From: an uncultured Acidobacteriota bacterium
Lineage (GTDB): Bacteria > Acidobacteriota > Terriglobia > Terriglobales > Acidobacteriaceae
Assembly (NCBI GenBank): GCA_963755975.1
Contig: CAVWLS010000016.1
Coordinates: 5,965-69,964, forward strand
Length of the DNA: 64,000 nucleotides
Reading direction: 5' to 3'
Part shown: in pieces, positions 1 to 8,900 of the stretch
How the letters are laid out: each line of letters begins with the position of its first letter
How positions within the stretch are numbered: position 1 is the stretch's first letter
Program-made: the position numbers and the translations under genes
Notes under the pieces: generated by a model
Databases searched by the model: none
Seen by the model: the letters and a program-made list of their open reading frames with translations, nothing else
What the model was told of the DNA's origin: nothing

Positions 1-111
1 CCCACTCAAGCCTAAACATCGTGGAAAGACTGTCGTGGAACTTGACAAACAGAAGGCTTGAGTGGGGCACCGGGCATCGGGCGATTACCAGATCGATACA
101 ATCGACGAGGG

Positions 112-1269
112 ATGCCGACTACTGTACGTTCGTTCGCGAAGATCAACCTCGGCCTGGCCATAGGCCGGGTGCGGGCGGATGGGTTTCACTCGCTGACGAC
201 GCTCTACCAGACGATTGCGGCGCATGATCTCGTTACGGTCGAGGCGCATCGGGCGGGGAAGAACTCGATCACGCTGACGAGCAATGACGCCCGGGTGCCG
301 CTGGACGAGAGAAACACGGCATTCAAATCAGTCAAAGCGGCGCTAAGGATGGCGGCCGAGGTTCGTATCCATGCTGAGGTTCATATCCATATAGATAAGC
401 GGCTGCCGGTGCAGGGCGGGCTGGGGGCCGGATCGGCGAATGCCGCAGCGGCTCTGATTGGCCTCGAGCGCGAGCTTGCCGCCGAGGGGGTCGCCCAATT
501 GTCCGGGCCAGAGAGGCTGCGGATTGCGGCGGAAGTGGGGTCGGATGTGCCGCTCTTTCTGGTTGGTGGCGCGGTGCTGGGGGTGGGGCGCGGCGAGGAG
601 GTCTATCCTCTGCCCGATCTGCCGGTTACGGCGTGCGTTGTGGCGCTGCCGGATGTGGGCGTCTCGACGCCACAGGCCTTTCGCGACTGGGATGCAAAGG
701 AACAGAGATCAGGGATCAGGGAGCAGGGATTAGCAGACCAAGATCGTCGCCTCCCACCCTTCGCGCCAAAAGAGGGCGCTCAGGATTGGGCACCCAGCGC
801 GCAGGGGGGAAAATTGCCATCCAGCGCATTGACCGAAGCTGCCGGCTTCGATAGACTTAATAGGTTGAGTCGGGCTCTCTCTGCAGCACTTTGCGAGCCG
901 CACTCCTCCGGTGTCTTCTTAGAAGACCTGGCCGCGACCTCGGGGCTTCCAGCCAACTTTTCCGCTGGGGCCAATGATCCGCTCCTCGCGCTTGTCCGAA
1001 CCGGGATTGAAAACGACTTCGAAGAAGTTGTCTTTCCTCAGAATCCCCTCCTCGGTGAAATCAAGCGCGTACTTGCGGATGCGGAACATCCGGAGAGCGC
1101 GGCTCTTTATGCGTCGCTCTCAGGCTCCGGATCGGCCCTCTTCGGCCTGTACGGAACGCTGGAAGCGGCAAGAGCGACAGTGGCACGGCTCGATGCGATG
1201 GGAATCCGGTCGTTGCAAACGGAGACCCTGCCGCGCGAGCGGTATTGGCGGTCGATGGTGGTGAGGTGA
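112..1269 (+). CDS. ispE: 4-diphosphocytidyl-2-C-methyl-D-erythritol kinase (IspE) carrying an unusual ~90-100 aa in-frame insertion
   Basis: ORF 58..1269 starts at TTG; the ATG at 112 gives MPTTVRSFAKINLGLAIG. GHMP-kinase motif PVQGGLGAGSANAAAAL and C-terminal SLSGSGSALFGLY are present. The ispE-tRNAGln-prs-rplY-pth gene order is conserved. Confidence 0.85.
   Translation: MPTTVRSFAKINLGLAIGRVRADGFHSLTTLYQTIAAHDLVTVEAHRAGKNSITLTSNDARVPLDERNTAFKSVKAALRMAAEVRIHAEVHIHIDKRLPVQGGLGAGSANAAAALIGLERELAAEGVAQLSGPERLRIAAEVGSDVPLFLVGGAVLGVGRGEEVYPLPDLPVTACVVALPDVGVSTPQAFRDWDAKEQRSGIREQGLADQDRRLPPFAPKEGAQDWAPSAQGGKLPSSALTEAAGFDRLNRLSRALSAALCEPHSSGVFLEDLAATSGLPANFSAGANDPLLALVRTGIENDFEEVVFPQNPLLGEIKRVLADAEHPESAALYASLSGSGSALFGLYGTLEAARATVARLDAMGIRSLQTETLPRERYWRSMVVR
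701..735 (+). repeat. Five heptamer-phased units (aacagag atcaggg atcaggg agcaggg attagca) lying inside the ispE reading frame
   Basis: Read directly. Same NNCAGGG family as the intergenic arrays at 2651-2685, 5153-5173 and 5741-5834. Confidence 0.7.
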
Positions 1270-1270
1270 A

Positions 1271-1291
1271 GCACAGGGCACAGGGCACAGG
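1271..1291 (+). repeat. Heptamer tandem repeat GCACAGG x3 immediately after the ispE stop
   Basis: gcacagg gcacagg gcacagg, read directly. Confidence 0.8.
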
Positions 1292-1340
1292 GAGTGGATT
1301 GTGCCAGCGGTTCGAGGTTGTAGCGCGAAGTTTTAGTTAC

Positions 1341-1414
1341 TGGGCGATCGACTAACGGTAGGTCAAGTGCCTTTGGAGCACTTTGTCCAGGTTCGAATCC
1401 TGGTCGCCCAGCCA
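1341..1414 (+). tRNA. tRNA-Gln (anticodon TTG)
   Basis: 74 nt. Acceptor stem TGGGCGA/TCGCCCA, D stem GACT/GGTC, anticodon stem AGTGC/GCACT with loop CTTTGGA, T arm CCAGG-TTCGAAT-CCTGG, discriminator G, encoded CCA. Confidence 0.92.
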
Positions 1415-1482
1415 GAAGTAAGTCCAGAAGTAAGTTTTGAACGCCGGTGTCAACCCCTCCGACGTACTGAAGCCCTGGCAGC

Positions 1483-2649
1483 ATGATCGCCAGACGACCC
1501 GGATGCAGGACCAACCAGAGCCAACCAGCTTGGGAGAATCTTGTGAAAAGCGAAACGGTGTTGGAAGGGGCAGTCGCGGAGCCGGTGAGCCCCGCGGTGA
1601 ATGCAGATCAGAACGGCGGCGCGGCGCGGAATCAGGCGCATGCGGAGACGAAGGCTCCAGTGGAGACGAAGGCGCCGGCGGAAAAGAAGAAGTCGCGCTC
1701 GCACAGCGAGGACAAGCGCTTCAAGATATTCTCCGGCTCGGCTAATCGCACTCTGTCTGCAGATATCTGCAAGCATATCGGCGTCACGCTCGGCGAAACC
1801 AAGATGCAGCGCTTCGCCGACGGCGAGGTTTACTTTCAGCTGCTCGAGAATGTGCGCGGCGCGGATGTCTTCATCGTGCAGCCGACGTGCAATCCGGTGG
1901 ACCAGCACCTGGTGGAGCTGCTGATCATGATCGATGCGGTGAAGCGGGCATCGGCGGGGCGCATCACGACGGTGGTTCCGTATTACGGCTATGCCCGGCA
2001 GGACCGCAAGGACCGGCCGCGGGTGGCGATTTCGTCGAAGCTGATTGCCGATCTGCTGACCACTGCCGGAGCGAACCGGGCATTATTTATGGACCTGCAC
2101 GCTGCGCAAATTCAAGGATTTTTCAACATTCCGGTAGATCATATGTTTGCAAGCCCGGTGATGGTGAGCTATTTCCGGGAAATGAACCTGCCGAACCTGA
2201 CCGTGGTTTCGCCGGATGCGGGAGGCGTGGAACGGGCGCGCTTCTTTGCGACAAAGATGGGGGCTCCGCTGGCCATCGTGGACAAGCGGAGAACCGACAT
2301 CAACGTGACCGAAGTGATGCATGTGATCGGCGATGTGCAGGGCCAGACGTGCCTGATCATCGACGACATTGTCGACACGGCGGGCACGCTGGTGAAGACG
2401 GTCGATGCGCTGCTGGAAAAGGGCGCGACGAAAGTGTATGCGTGCGCTTCGCACCCGGTGCTGTCGGGACCGGCGGTTGAGCGCATTGCGAACTCCCGGC
2501 TCGAAGAGCTGGTGGTAACCGATTCGATTCCGCTGAGCGAGGCGGCACAGAAGGTGGCGAAGATCAAGGTGCGTTCGGTGGCGGGGCTGATTGCGGCCAC
2601 CATCGAGAACATCCACATGGAGACCAGCGTCAGTTCGCTGTTCATTTAG
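1483..2649 (+). CDS. prs: Ribose-phosphate pyrophosphokinase (PRPP synthetase) with a ~70 aa N-terminal extension if the first start is used
   Basis: KIFSGSANRTLSADICKHIGV..GEVYFQLLENVRGADVFIVQPTC..VVPYYGYARQDRK..DLHAAQIQGFF..LIIDDIVDTAGT. The true start is uncertain. Confidence 0.9.
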   Translation: MIARRPGCRTNQSQPAWENLVKSETVLEGAVAEPVSPAVNADQNGGAARNQAHAETKAPVETKAPAEKKKSRSHSEDKRFKIFSGSANRTLSADICKHIGVTLGETKMQRFADGEVYFQLLENVRGADVFIVQPTCNPVDQHLVELLIMIDAVKRASAGRITTVVPYYGYARQDRKDRPRVAISSKLIADLLTTAGANRALFMDLHAAQIQGFFNIPVDHMFASPVMVSYFREMNLPNLTVVSPDAGGVERARFFATKMGAPLAIVDKRRTDINVTEVMHVIGDVQGQTCLIIDDIVDTAGTLVKTVDALLEKGATKVYACASHPVLSGPAVERIANSRLEELVVTDSIPLSEAAQKVAKIKVRSVAGLIAATIENIHMETSVSSLFI

Positions 2650-2650
2650 A

Positions 2651-2685
2651 AGCAGGGAACAGGGGTCAGGGCTCAGGGCTCAGAG
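2651..2685 (+). repeat. Heptamer-phased array NNCAGGG x5 just after the prs stop
   Basis: agcaggg aacaggg gtcaggg ctcaggg ctcagag. Confidence 0.75.
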
Positions 2686-2822
2686 GTTGTAAAGTGACGG
2701 GCTGCGGCCCCACAACAAAAGGGAGCGGGAAACAGGGGAAACCGGCAGCCAGCAGCAGGAAATTCTGAACGCTGATCGCTGTGCCCTAAGCCCTGCTGTA
2801 CCGTGCCCGAAGGAAGAGGACA

Positions 2823-3515
2823 ATGATCAGTCAGGAAGTAGTAGCAGCCACGCCCCGCGAGGGCAAGTTCAACAAGAATGCCGCGCGCCGGGTGCGCGTA
2901 AAGGGCAGGATTCCCGCTGTGGTGTATGGCGCGGCGGAGCCTGCGGTGGCCATTGAGGTCGATCCCAAGCAGATCCAGAAGATCCTGCACTCGGACACCG
3001 GCCACAACTCGATTTTCGATCTGGAGATCACGGGTTCGACGGCAAAAACAAAGGCCATGATCGTCGACTGGCAGTATGAGCCGATCAAGGGCACGCTGAT
3101 GCACATCGACCTGAAGCGGATTGCGCTCGACAAGGTGATGCGCGTCGAAGTGCCGATTCAGACGGTGGGTACAGCGATTGGCGTCAAGACGCAGGGCGGC
3201 ATCCTCGACCAGGTATTACGCGAGGTCGAGATTGAGTGCCTGCCGGGCGATATTCCCAGCCATATCGATATCGATGTGACGCAGATGTCGATCGGCGATG
3301 TGCTGCGCGTTTCCGACCTGCCGCACTCGGAAAAGATCAAGTTCATCACCGACGAGGGCACGACGGTCGCTCACGTGGTCGCGATCAAGGAAGAGGTTGC
3401 GCCTGCTGCGGAAGAAGTGGCAGCCGTGGCTGCGCCTGCCGAGCCGGAAGTCGTCAAGAAGGGCAAGACGGATACCGCCGAAGCACCGGCGGCCGAGAAG
3501 GGCGCGAAGAAGTAA
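2823..3515 (+). CDS. rplY: 50S ribosomal protein L25 / general stress protein Ctc
   Basis: GKFNKNAARRVRVKGRIPAVVYG..HIDLKRI..VEVPI; acidic/Ala-rich tail; position between prs and pth. Confidence 0.9.
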   Translation: MISQEVVAATPREGKFNKNAARRVRVKGRIPAVVYGAAEPAVAIEVDPKQIQKILHSDTGHNSIFDLEITGSTAKTKAMIVDWQYEPIKGTLMHIDLKRIALDKVMRVEVPIQTVGTAIGVKTQGGILDQVLREVEIECLPGDIPSHIDIDVTQMSIGDVLRVSDLPHSEKIKFITDEGTTVAHVVAIKEEVAPAAEEVAAVAAPAEPEVVKKGKTDTAEAPAAEKGAKK

Positions 3516-3518
3516 GTT

Positions 3519-4172
3519 TTGGCGACTGCGACAGAGGCCGGAAGTGATTCGTCGTCGCGCGGCGTGCTGCTGGTGGTCGGGCTCGGAAATCCGGGCATCG
3601 AATACCAGTTCACGCCGCACAACGCGGGCTTTCTTGCAGTCGACCGTATCGCCGATCAGAACCGCGTGGCTGTGGCTAACCGCCGCTGCCGCGCCCTGAC
3701 GGCAAAAGTTCAGATCGCCGGACGTGAAGTGATCCTGGCCAAGCCGGAAACCTTCATGAACCTCAGCGGTCTTTCCGTCGCGGCACTCGTGGCCGAGTTC
3801 GAAGTCGATCCGGCTCGCGACCTGCTGGTTTTGTACGACGAACTGGATTTGCCCCTGGGCACCATCCGCGTGAGAGAACGCGGCAGCGCCGCAGGGCACA
3901 ACGGAGCACGATCCATCTCCGGGGCGCTGCGCTCCGACGAGTGGAAGCGCATCCGGATCGGAGTGGGCTCCAGCGGTGAGCCCGAAGACGCATTCCGGCG
4001 CGGCAAGGATTACCTGCTGACGCCGCTGCGCAAGAAGGATCTGGCGACACTGGACGAGATTCTCGACCGCGTGGCGCAGGCAGTGGAAGTGGTCGCGACG
4101 AAGGGCATCTCGGCCGCGATGAACGAGTTTAATCGTAAGGAAAACGGGAAGGAAAACGGCCCGGCGGAGTAA
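3519..4172 (+). CDS. pth: Peptidyl-tRNA hydrolase
   Basis: LLVVGLGNPGIEYQFTPHNAGF..KPETFMNLSG..YDELDLPLGTIRVRERGSAAGHNG. The TTG at 3519 or the in-frame GTG at 3564 could be the start. Confidence 0.9.
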   Translation: MATATEAGSDSSSRGVLLVVGLGNPGIEYQFTPHNAGFLAVDRIADQNRVAVANRRCRALTAKVQIAGREVILAKPETFMNLSGLSVAALVAEFEVDPARDLLVLYDELDLPLGTIRVRERGSAAGHNGARSISGALRSDEWKRIRIGVGSSGEPEDAFRRGKDYLLTPLRKKDLATLDEILDRVAQAVEVVATKGISAAMNEFNRKENGKENGPAE

Positions 4173-4271
4173 GTGAACCGGCCCGCCGCGGCGGGCCGCA
4201 GAAAAATTTAGTTTCGGTCACAGTGACCCGCCACGGCGGGCCGCCGCGGCCAAAGAAAAGAGAAGCAGAGC

Positions 4272-4727
4272 ATGGATCGTTTCTACGAAGTAATGTTTAT
4301 CGTCCGTCCCGACATTGAGGACGCCGACCTGGACAAGCTGATCGCCGGCTTTGAGCACACGATCGTCAGTGGCGGCGGCACGCTCCGCTCCACCGAAAAG
4401 CTTGGCCGCCGCAAGCTCGCGTACATGGTGCGCAAGTTCAACGACGGCAACTACGTACTGCTGACCATCGACGCCGATGGCACGCTGGTACACGAGCTTG
4501 AGCGCCGCCTGCGCGTCTCCGAGCCGGTGATCAAGTTCATCACCGTGCGCATGGATGAAGAGCAGAAGCGCCTCGACAAGGTGAAGGCTCTGCGCGCCAC
4601 GCGTAAGAAGCTGAGCGCCCAGCCGGTGGCTGCGGCTCCGGCTCCGGTGGAGACTCCGGCTGCCGAGGCTCCAGCTCCAGTTGTCGAGACTGCTGCACCG
4701 GCTGAAGCCGCGCCGGTGAACGCCTAA
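4272..4727 (+). CDS. rpsF: 30S ribosomal protein S6
   Basis: MDRFYEVMFIVRPDIEDADLDKLI..LGRRKLAYMVRKFNDGNYVLL with an Ala/Pro-rich tail. Confidence 0.93.
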   Translation: MDRFYEVMFIVRPDIEDADLDKLIAGFEHTIVSGGGTLRSTEKLGRRKLAYMVRKFNDGNYVLLTIDADGTLVHELERRLRVSEPVIKFITVRMDEEQKRLDKVKALRATRKKLSAQPVAAAPAPVETPAAEAPAPVVETAAPAEAAPVNA

Positions 4728-4755
4728 GAATTCAAGTTTCAGAATTCAAGTTTAG
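4728..4755 (+). repeat. 14-nt (2x7) unit gaattcaagtttNN repeated twice directly after the rpsF stop
   Basis: gaattcaagtttca gaattcaagtttag, read directly. Confidence 0.7.
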
Positions 4756-4816
4756 GGAACGGGGCCTCCGCGATGAACGGACGCTCCTAAAAATTGATTG
4801 AAGGACAGGAAACACT

Positions 4817-5152
4817 ATGGCTGACGAAACAACACCTCATCGCTCCTCCGAAGGCGGAGCGCCATCCTCATCCGGCTCGGGTCCGCGCACCGGCCCGCCC
4901 CGCACCGGCGGTCCGGGCGGCCCCGGCGGACGCAAGTTCTTCCGCCGCAAGAAGGTCTGCAAGTTCTGCACCGAGAAGATCGACGCGATTCCGTATCGCG
5001 ACGTTCGCCTTCTGCAAGGCTTCGTGGCCGAGCGCGGCAAGATCGTGCCGCGGCGCCTGACCGGCGTCTGCACGACGCACCAGCGCCGCCTTACCCGCGC
5101 CATCAAGCAGGCCCGCAATATCGCTCTGCTGCCGTTTGCAGCGAGATTCTAA
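4817..5152 (+). CDS. rpsR: 30S ribosomal protein S18
   Basis: [67 protein letters not shown]. Confidence 0.93.
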   Translation: MADETTPHRSSEGGAPSSSGSGPRTGPPRTGGPGGPGGRKFFRRKKVCKFCTEKIDAIPYRDVRLLQGFVAERGKIVPRRLTGVCTTHQRRLTRAIKQARNIALLPFAARF

Positions 5153-5173
5153 GGGCTCAGGGCTCAGGGCTCA
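5153..5173 (+). repeat. Heptamer tandem repeat GGGCTCA x3 directly after the rpsR stop
   Basis: taa gggctca gggctca gggctca. Confidence 0.8.
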
Positions 5174-5277
5174 GAAGGGTTATATCAGGCATGGCTTCGG
5201 CTGTGCGATAGCAAGGCGCAAGAGATCATCGCAGGCGCAGTTCCTGCTGTGCTCCGCGTTCTTAATTGGAGATCTGC

Positions 5278-5736
5278 ATGGAAGTTATTCTGAAAGAAGA
5301 CATCGACAGCCTCGGCCACCGCGGAGACGTGGTGAAGGTAGCCGACGGCTATGGCCGCAACTACCTTCTGCCCAAAAAGCTGGCCATGGAAGCTAACGCC
5401 GCAAACAAGGCCGTCATCGAGCAGATGAAGGCATCCGCTGTCCGTCGCTCGGCAAAGGAAAAGTCCGAGGCCGAGGCACTGGTGGGGCAGCTCGACAATG
5501 TCGCGCTGGTCTTCGAGCGCAAGGTGGGCGATCACGATCACCTCTTCGGCTCGGTCACATCGGCCGACATCGCGAACGCGCTGGAAGCCAAGGGCTTCAA
5601 CATCGACCGCCGCAAGGTGCATCTCGAAGAGCCGCTCAAGCAGCTCGGCGAGTTTCACATTCCCGTGCGCCTGCACCGCGAAGTGACGGCGCATGTCGCG
5701 GTCACGGTCAAGGGCGAAGCAGAGCCGGCTGAGTAA
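5278..5736 (+). CDS. rplI: 50S ribosomal protein L9
   Basis: MEVILKEDIDSLGHRGDVVKVADGYGRNYLLPKKLAMEA. The ATG at 5278 is in frame with ORF 5266..5736. Confidence 0.93.
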   Translation: MEVILKEDIDSLGHRGDVVKVADGYGRNYLLPKKLAMEANAANKAVIEQMKASAVRRSAKEKSEAEALVGQLDNVALVFERKVGDHDHLFGSVTSADIANALEAKGFNIDRRKVHLEEPLKQLGEFHIPVRLHREVTAHVAVTVKGEAEPAE

Positions 5737-5740
5737 AGAC

Positions 5741-5834
5741 AGGGCTCAGGGCTCAGGGCTCAGGGCTCAGGGCTCAGGGCTCAGGGCTCAGGGCTCAGGG
5801 CTCAGGGCTCAGGGCTCAGGGCTCAGGGCTCAGG
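5741..5834 (+). repeat. Perfect heptamer tandem array (GGGCTCA) of about 13 copies, the largest of the family
   Basis: agggctcagggctca... runs uninterrupted from 5741 to 5834, 5 nt after the rplI stop. Confidence 0.95.
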
Positions 5835-5863
5835 AAAAGCTAACGCTTACTTCACGTAAAGCA

Positions 5864-5903
5864 AGAGGGCAGGCCTTTTGGGGTCTGCCCTCTTCGTTTC
5901 TGT
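5864..5903. terminator. Hairpin plus T-rich tail between convergent rplI and the 1337-aa gene (possible bidirectional terminator)
   Basis: Stem AGAGGGCAG (5864-5872) / CTGCCCTCT (5885-5893), followed by tcgtttctgtgtt. Confidence 0.6.
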
Positions 5904-5928
5904 GTTGCTGATTTGTTGCGCTGCTCCT

Positions 5929-8900
5929 CTACTTCAGAGTCTGCAGGCTCGGCTCAAGCCAGGAGAAGAGGAAGTTGCTGATCTCGGGGAAGGCCGATGC
6001 GAGCAACCCGATGGCGGGAACTCCGAGCACGGAGATGAGCTTCTCGTAGAAGCCGATATCGAGTTTTCCGGGCTCGGTCGAGGTCGTGCGGCTGAGGATG
6101 CTGTCGCGATGCATCTGCGAGAAGACGACGACGACCGCGATCACGAAGCCGGCGAAGATGAGAATCATCATCACCATGATGGAGTGGTGCGGCCCCACCG
6201 GATATGCCGTCAGCGCCAGCAGCAGGAAGAAGTAGCCAAAGGTGAAGGCGAGGATGTGGCTGCGGATATCCATCAGGACGTGCTGGATTCCGTAGATGTA
6301 GACCAGGCCGACAAATTCTTCCGCGTTCGCACCGAGCGGGTCGTCCTTGGCCGACTCCTTCAGGACATCTTCGATCTCCTTGGCCGGGACATCAAGGCTG
6401 GTGCCCAGCTGGTCCTTCTGCCGGCTCCTGCCGGAGAGGATATGTCCGATGACCGCGCTTGCGGCGCCGCATAACGCCACCTGGAACCTGGCGAATGCGG
6501 CCACGCGGCTTTTAGGCTCAAGGTCAGTCATCAGCCCGTTGTACTCCCTGCGCGCGCGTCCGAAGGCCGGCTTCAAGCCGGCCGGACAAGAGGCGTCCTT
6601 TTCGATGTGCAGCATGGATTCGTAGGCGCGGAAGAGCGGCCGGAAGCGAACCGCGGGCGACAAGTCGATGCTGAACCACAGCCTTTGCCAGGAGAATCCC
6701 GACGCACGGCTGAAGCAGGCGCGCAGAGTGGTGCGCTCGAGCGGATTCAGGAGACCTTTATGCAGACTGATCCACATCAGGATGACCCATCCGATCTCGT
6801 GCAGCAGGAAGATGAGGATTGCGAAGCTGCAGATGCTGAGCCAGATGGAATACGCCCGCGTCTCAAAGGTCTCAAAGCCGCGCGGGAAGAGCAGATAGGC
6901 GGATACGAGCAGGATGACAAGGGTAAGGACCAGCAGCACAGCGGGCAGCTTCGGAACGTTGCCAACCGGGGGACAGCCGCTCTGCTTGCGCAGCCGGTTG
7001 AGCCGCTTTACGCGCTGGTTCGGGTCGGGCTGCAAACCCTGGTCCTGCGGATGCTTCCGCTTCCGGTCGGGAAGCAGGTACCTCAACTTCGAAGCCAGCA
7101 TGCGCCACGGGGAATAACAGGCGCGCAGGATGTCATTGATTGCGCAGCGATGGATGCTGCGCAGTATCTCCGGCGAGCGGTTTCCCTCGTAACAGGGAAT
7201 GCGCGGCATCAGGCGGGGAGAAAAGATGAGCAGCGAGTGGATGTGCCGCGAGATGAGGCAGACGACCGCGATCGAAAGAAAGAGGAAAGGCACGACCGGC
7301 GAGACGCCGTTAAAAAGGTGCTCGCTGCGGTAGAGGAAAAAGATCCTGGCAGAGAACTCGCCCGGCTTGATCCAGGCGAAGGCAAACTGCGCCATGAGGG
7401 TAAGCGCGATCAGAACCCAGGCAAAGTAGCGCCGCTCTCCCTCCCAGAGCGCCCTGCGGACGAGCCATAGCGCGAAAAGAAGAAGGACGATCTGAAGGAA
7501 GATGAGGCCGCTGTTGACCGGGTCCTGGAAGAATTTCGCTCCGGGCAGGTCGAGAATCAGCAGCCGCGCCATCCAGGAAAAGCTGAGGACGATCACGAGC
7601 ACGATCCAGCCGCGCCGCTCGCTGTTGGTTCCCTTGATATCGAAGACATACTCCGGCCAGCGCTCCAGCCGTGCGAAGGTGCATAGGACCAGGCCGAAGA
7701 ACACGAAGAGGGCGAGCAGGCAGACGACTGCCAGGCGCGCTACGACCAGCTTTTGCGCAACCAGGCGCGGGAAGCTTACGGGGCCAAGGCGGGAGCCGCT
7801 TTGCGACCAGCTGTCAAACATGGCGGGAGGAATCGAGTCACTCCCGGAAGGCCCGCCATCGCCGACCCCGGGTATGTCCGCGAGAGATGTCCTGCCTTGG
7901 GTACGGGAAGCGGATGGATCGCGGCCCAGGAGAGCGACGGGCCAGAAGCCCCCGCGCCCCACGGCATTGAGCCATAAAGGCGGGTGATCTCCTCCGTGGA
8001 ACGGGTCGGTGTACTCGGCCAGCCAGAGAGGTTTGGGCGGCTCTTGCGCCGCGGGCGGCGTGGATTCTCCAGTCTTCGTTCCGATACTGCCCCCGGTTCC
8101 GGAAGTGCCCTCGGGCGAAGTCTGGCCGGCCATTAGAAAAGGTAACGGCGCCATTTCGAGGACACGGACGGCGTTATAGATGCCGTTTTCCTCATAGGAA
8201 GCGAAGATCCGCTCCGGCAGATAGGTGCCGAATGGGCCCGGATGGTCTTCGGTAGCCGCGCCATCCCCGTTCTCGGGCACATGCATAAAGCGCCCGGTCC
8301 AGGCGATATTGTCCGGGATCAACGGATAGCTGTTGGCCATGAGCATGCCGCGAAAATCGCTGACGTCGGGAGAGCGCTCGAAGAACAGGTCGGCGTTCAA
8401 CAGGACCACGCGCACATTGGGCAAGTTGCGGCCGAAGTAGCGCGCAACAAAGATCACATCGAGGACATCGCTGCCGTTGATGACGGCCACGCGGACATGC
8501 TCGCGGTCCATCGCCCGCGTCATGGCGGAGAGAACCGATTCCTCGGAGATCGGGCTCTGATTATCGGAAAACGACGGGACGCTGTCCTCTTCCTCGTGGC
8601 GATCTTCGAGACTGAGGGTCAGGTCCTGCTGATTGGGGTTGTCGGACGACTGTGCCTGCGAGGGGCGATGAAGGATCGAGCTCTTCGCGTAGGCGTTGCG
8701 CAGCTGGGAGATCTCGCGCGGGTAGTGAAAGAGGAGTGGACGCTCCGGGGCTGAACGATCGCCGGGGGACTGGGGTATCGAGGAGAGCAGATTTCCAAAC
8801 GCCGTCTCGTCCTCGGAAACGAAGGCCACCTGGCTTCGAGGAATATGCTCATGCGACGCCAGATAATTCAGCAGCATCTCCTGGATCGCATCCGAGCTTT

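Noticed and set aside
1450-2645. Several minus-strand and alternative-frame ORFs across prs (1450..1908, 2083..2616, 2169..2645).
   Set aside because: They overlap a strongly supported prs and show no independent coding evidence.
5741-5834. Whether the GGGCTCA array (or the other heptamer arrays) could be a CRISPR array.
   Set aside because: The units are 7 nt and directly abutting, with no spacers, and no cas genes are nearby. It is a microsatellite-type tandem repeat.
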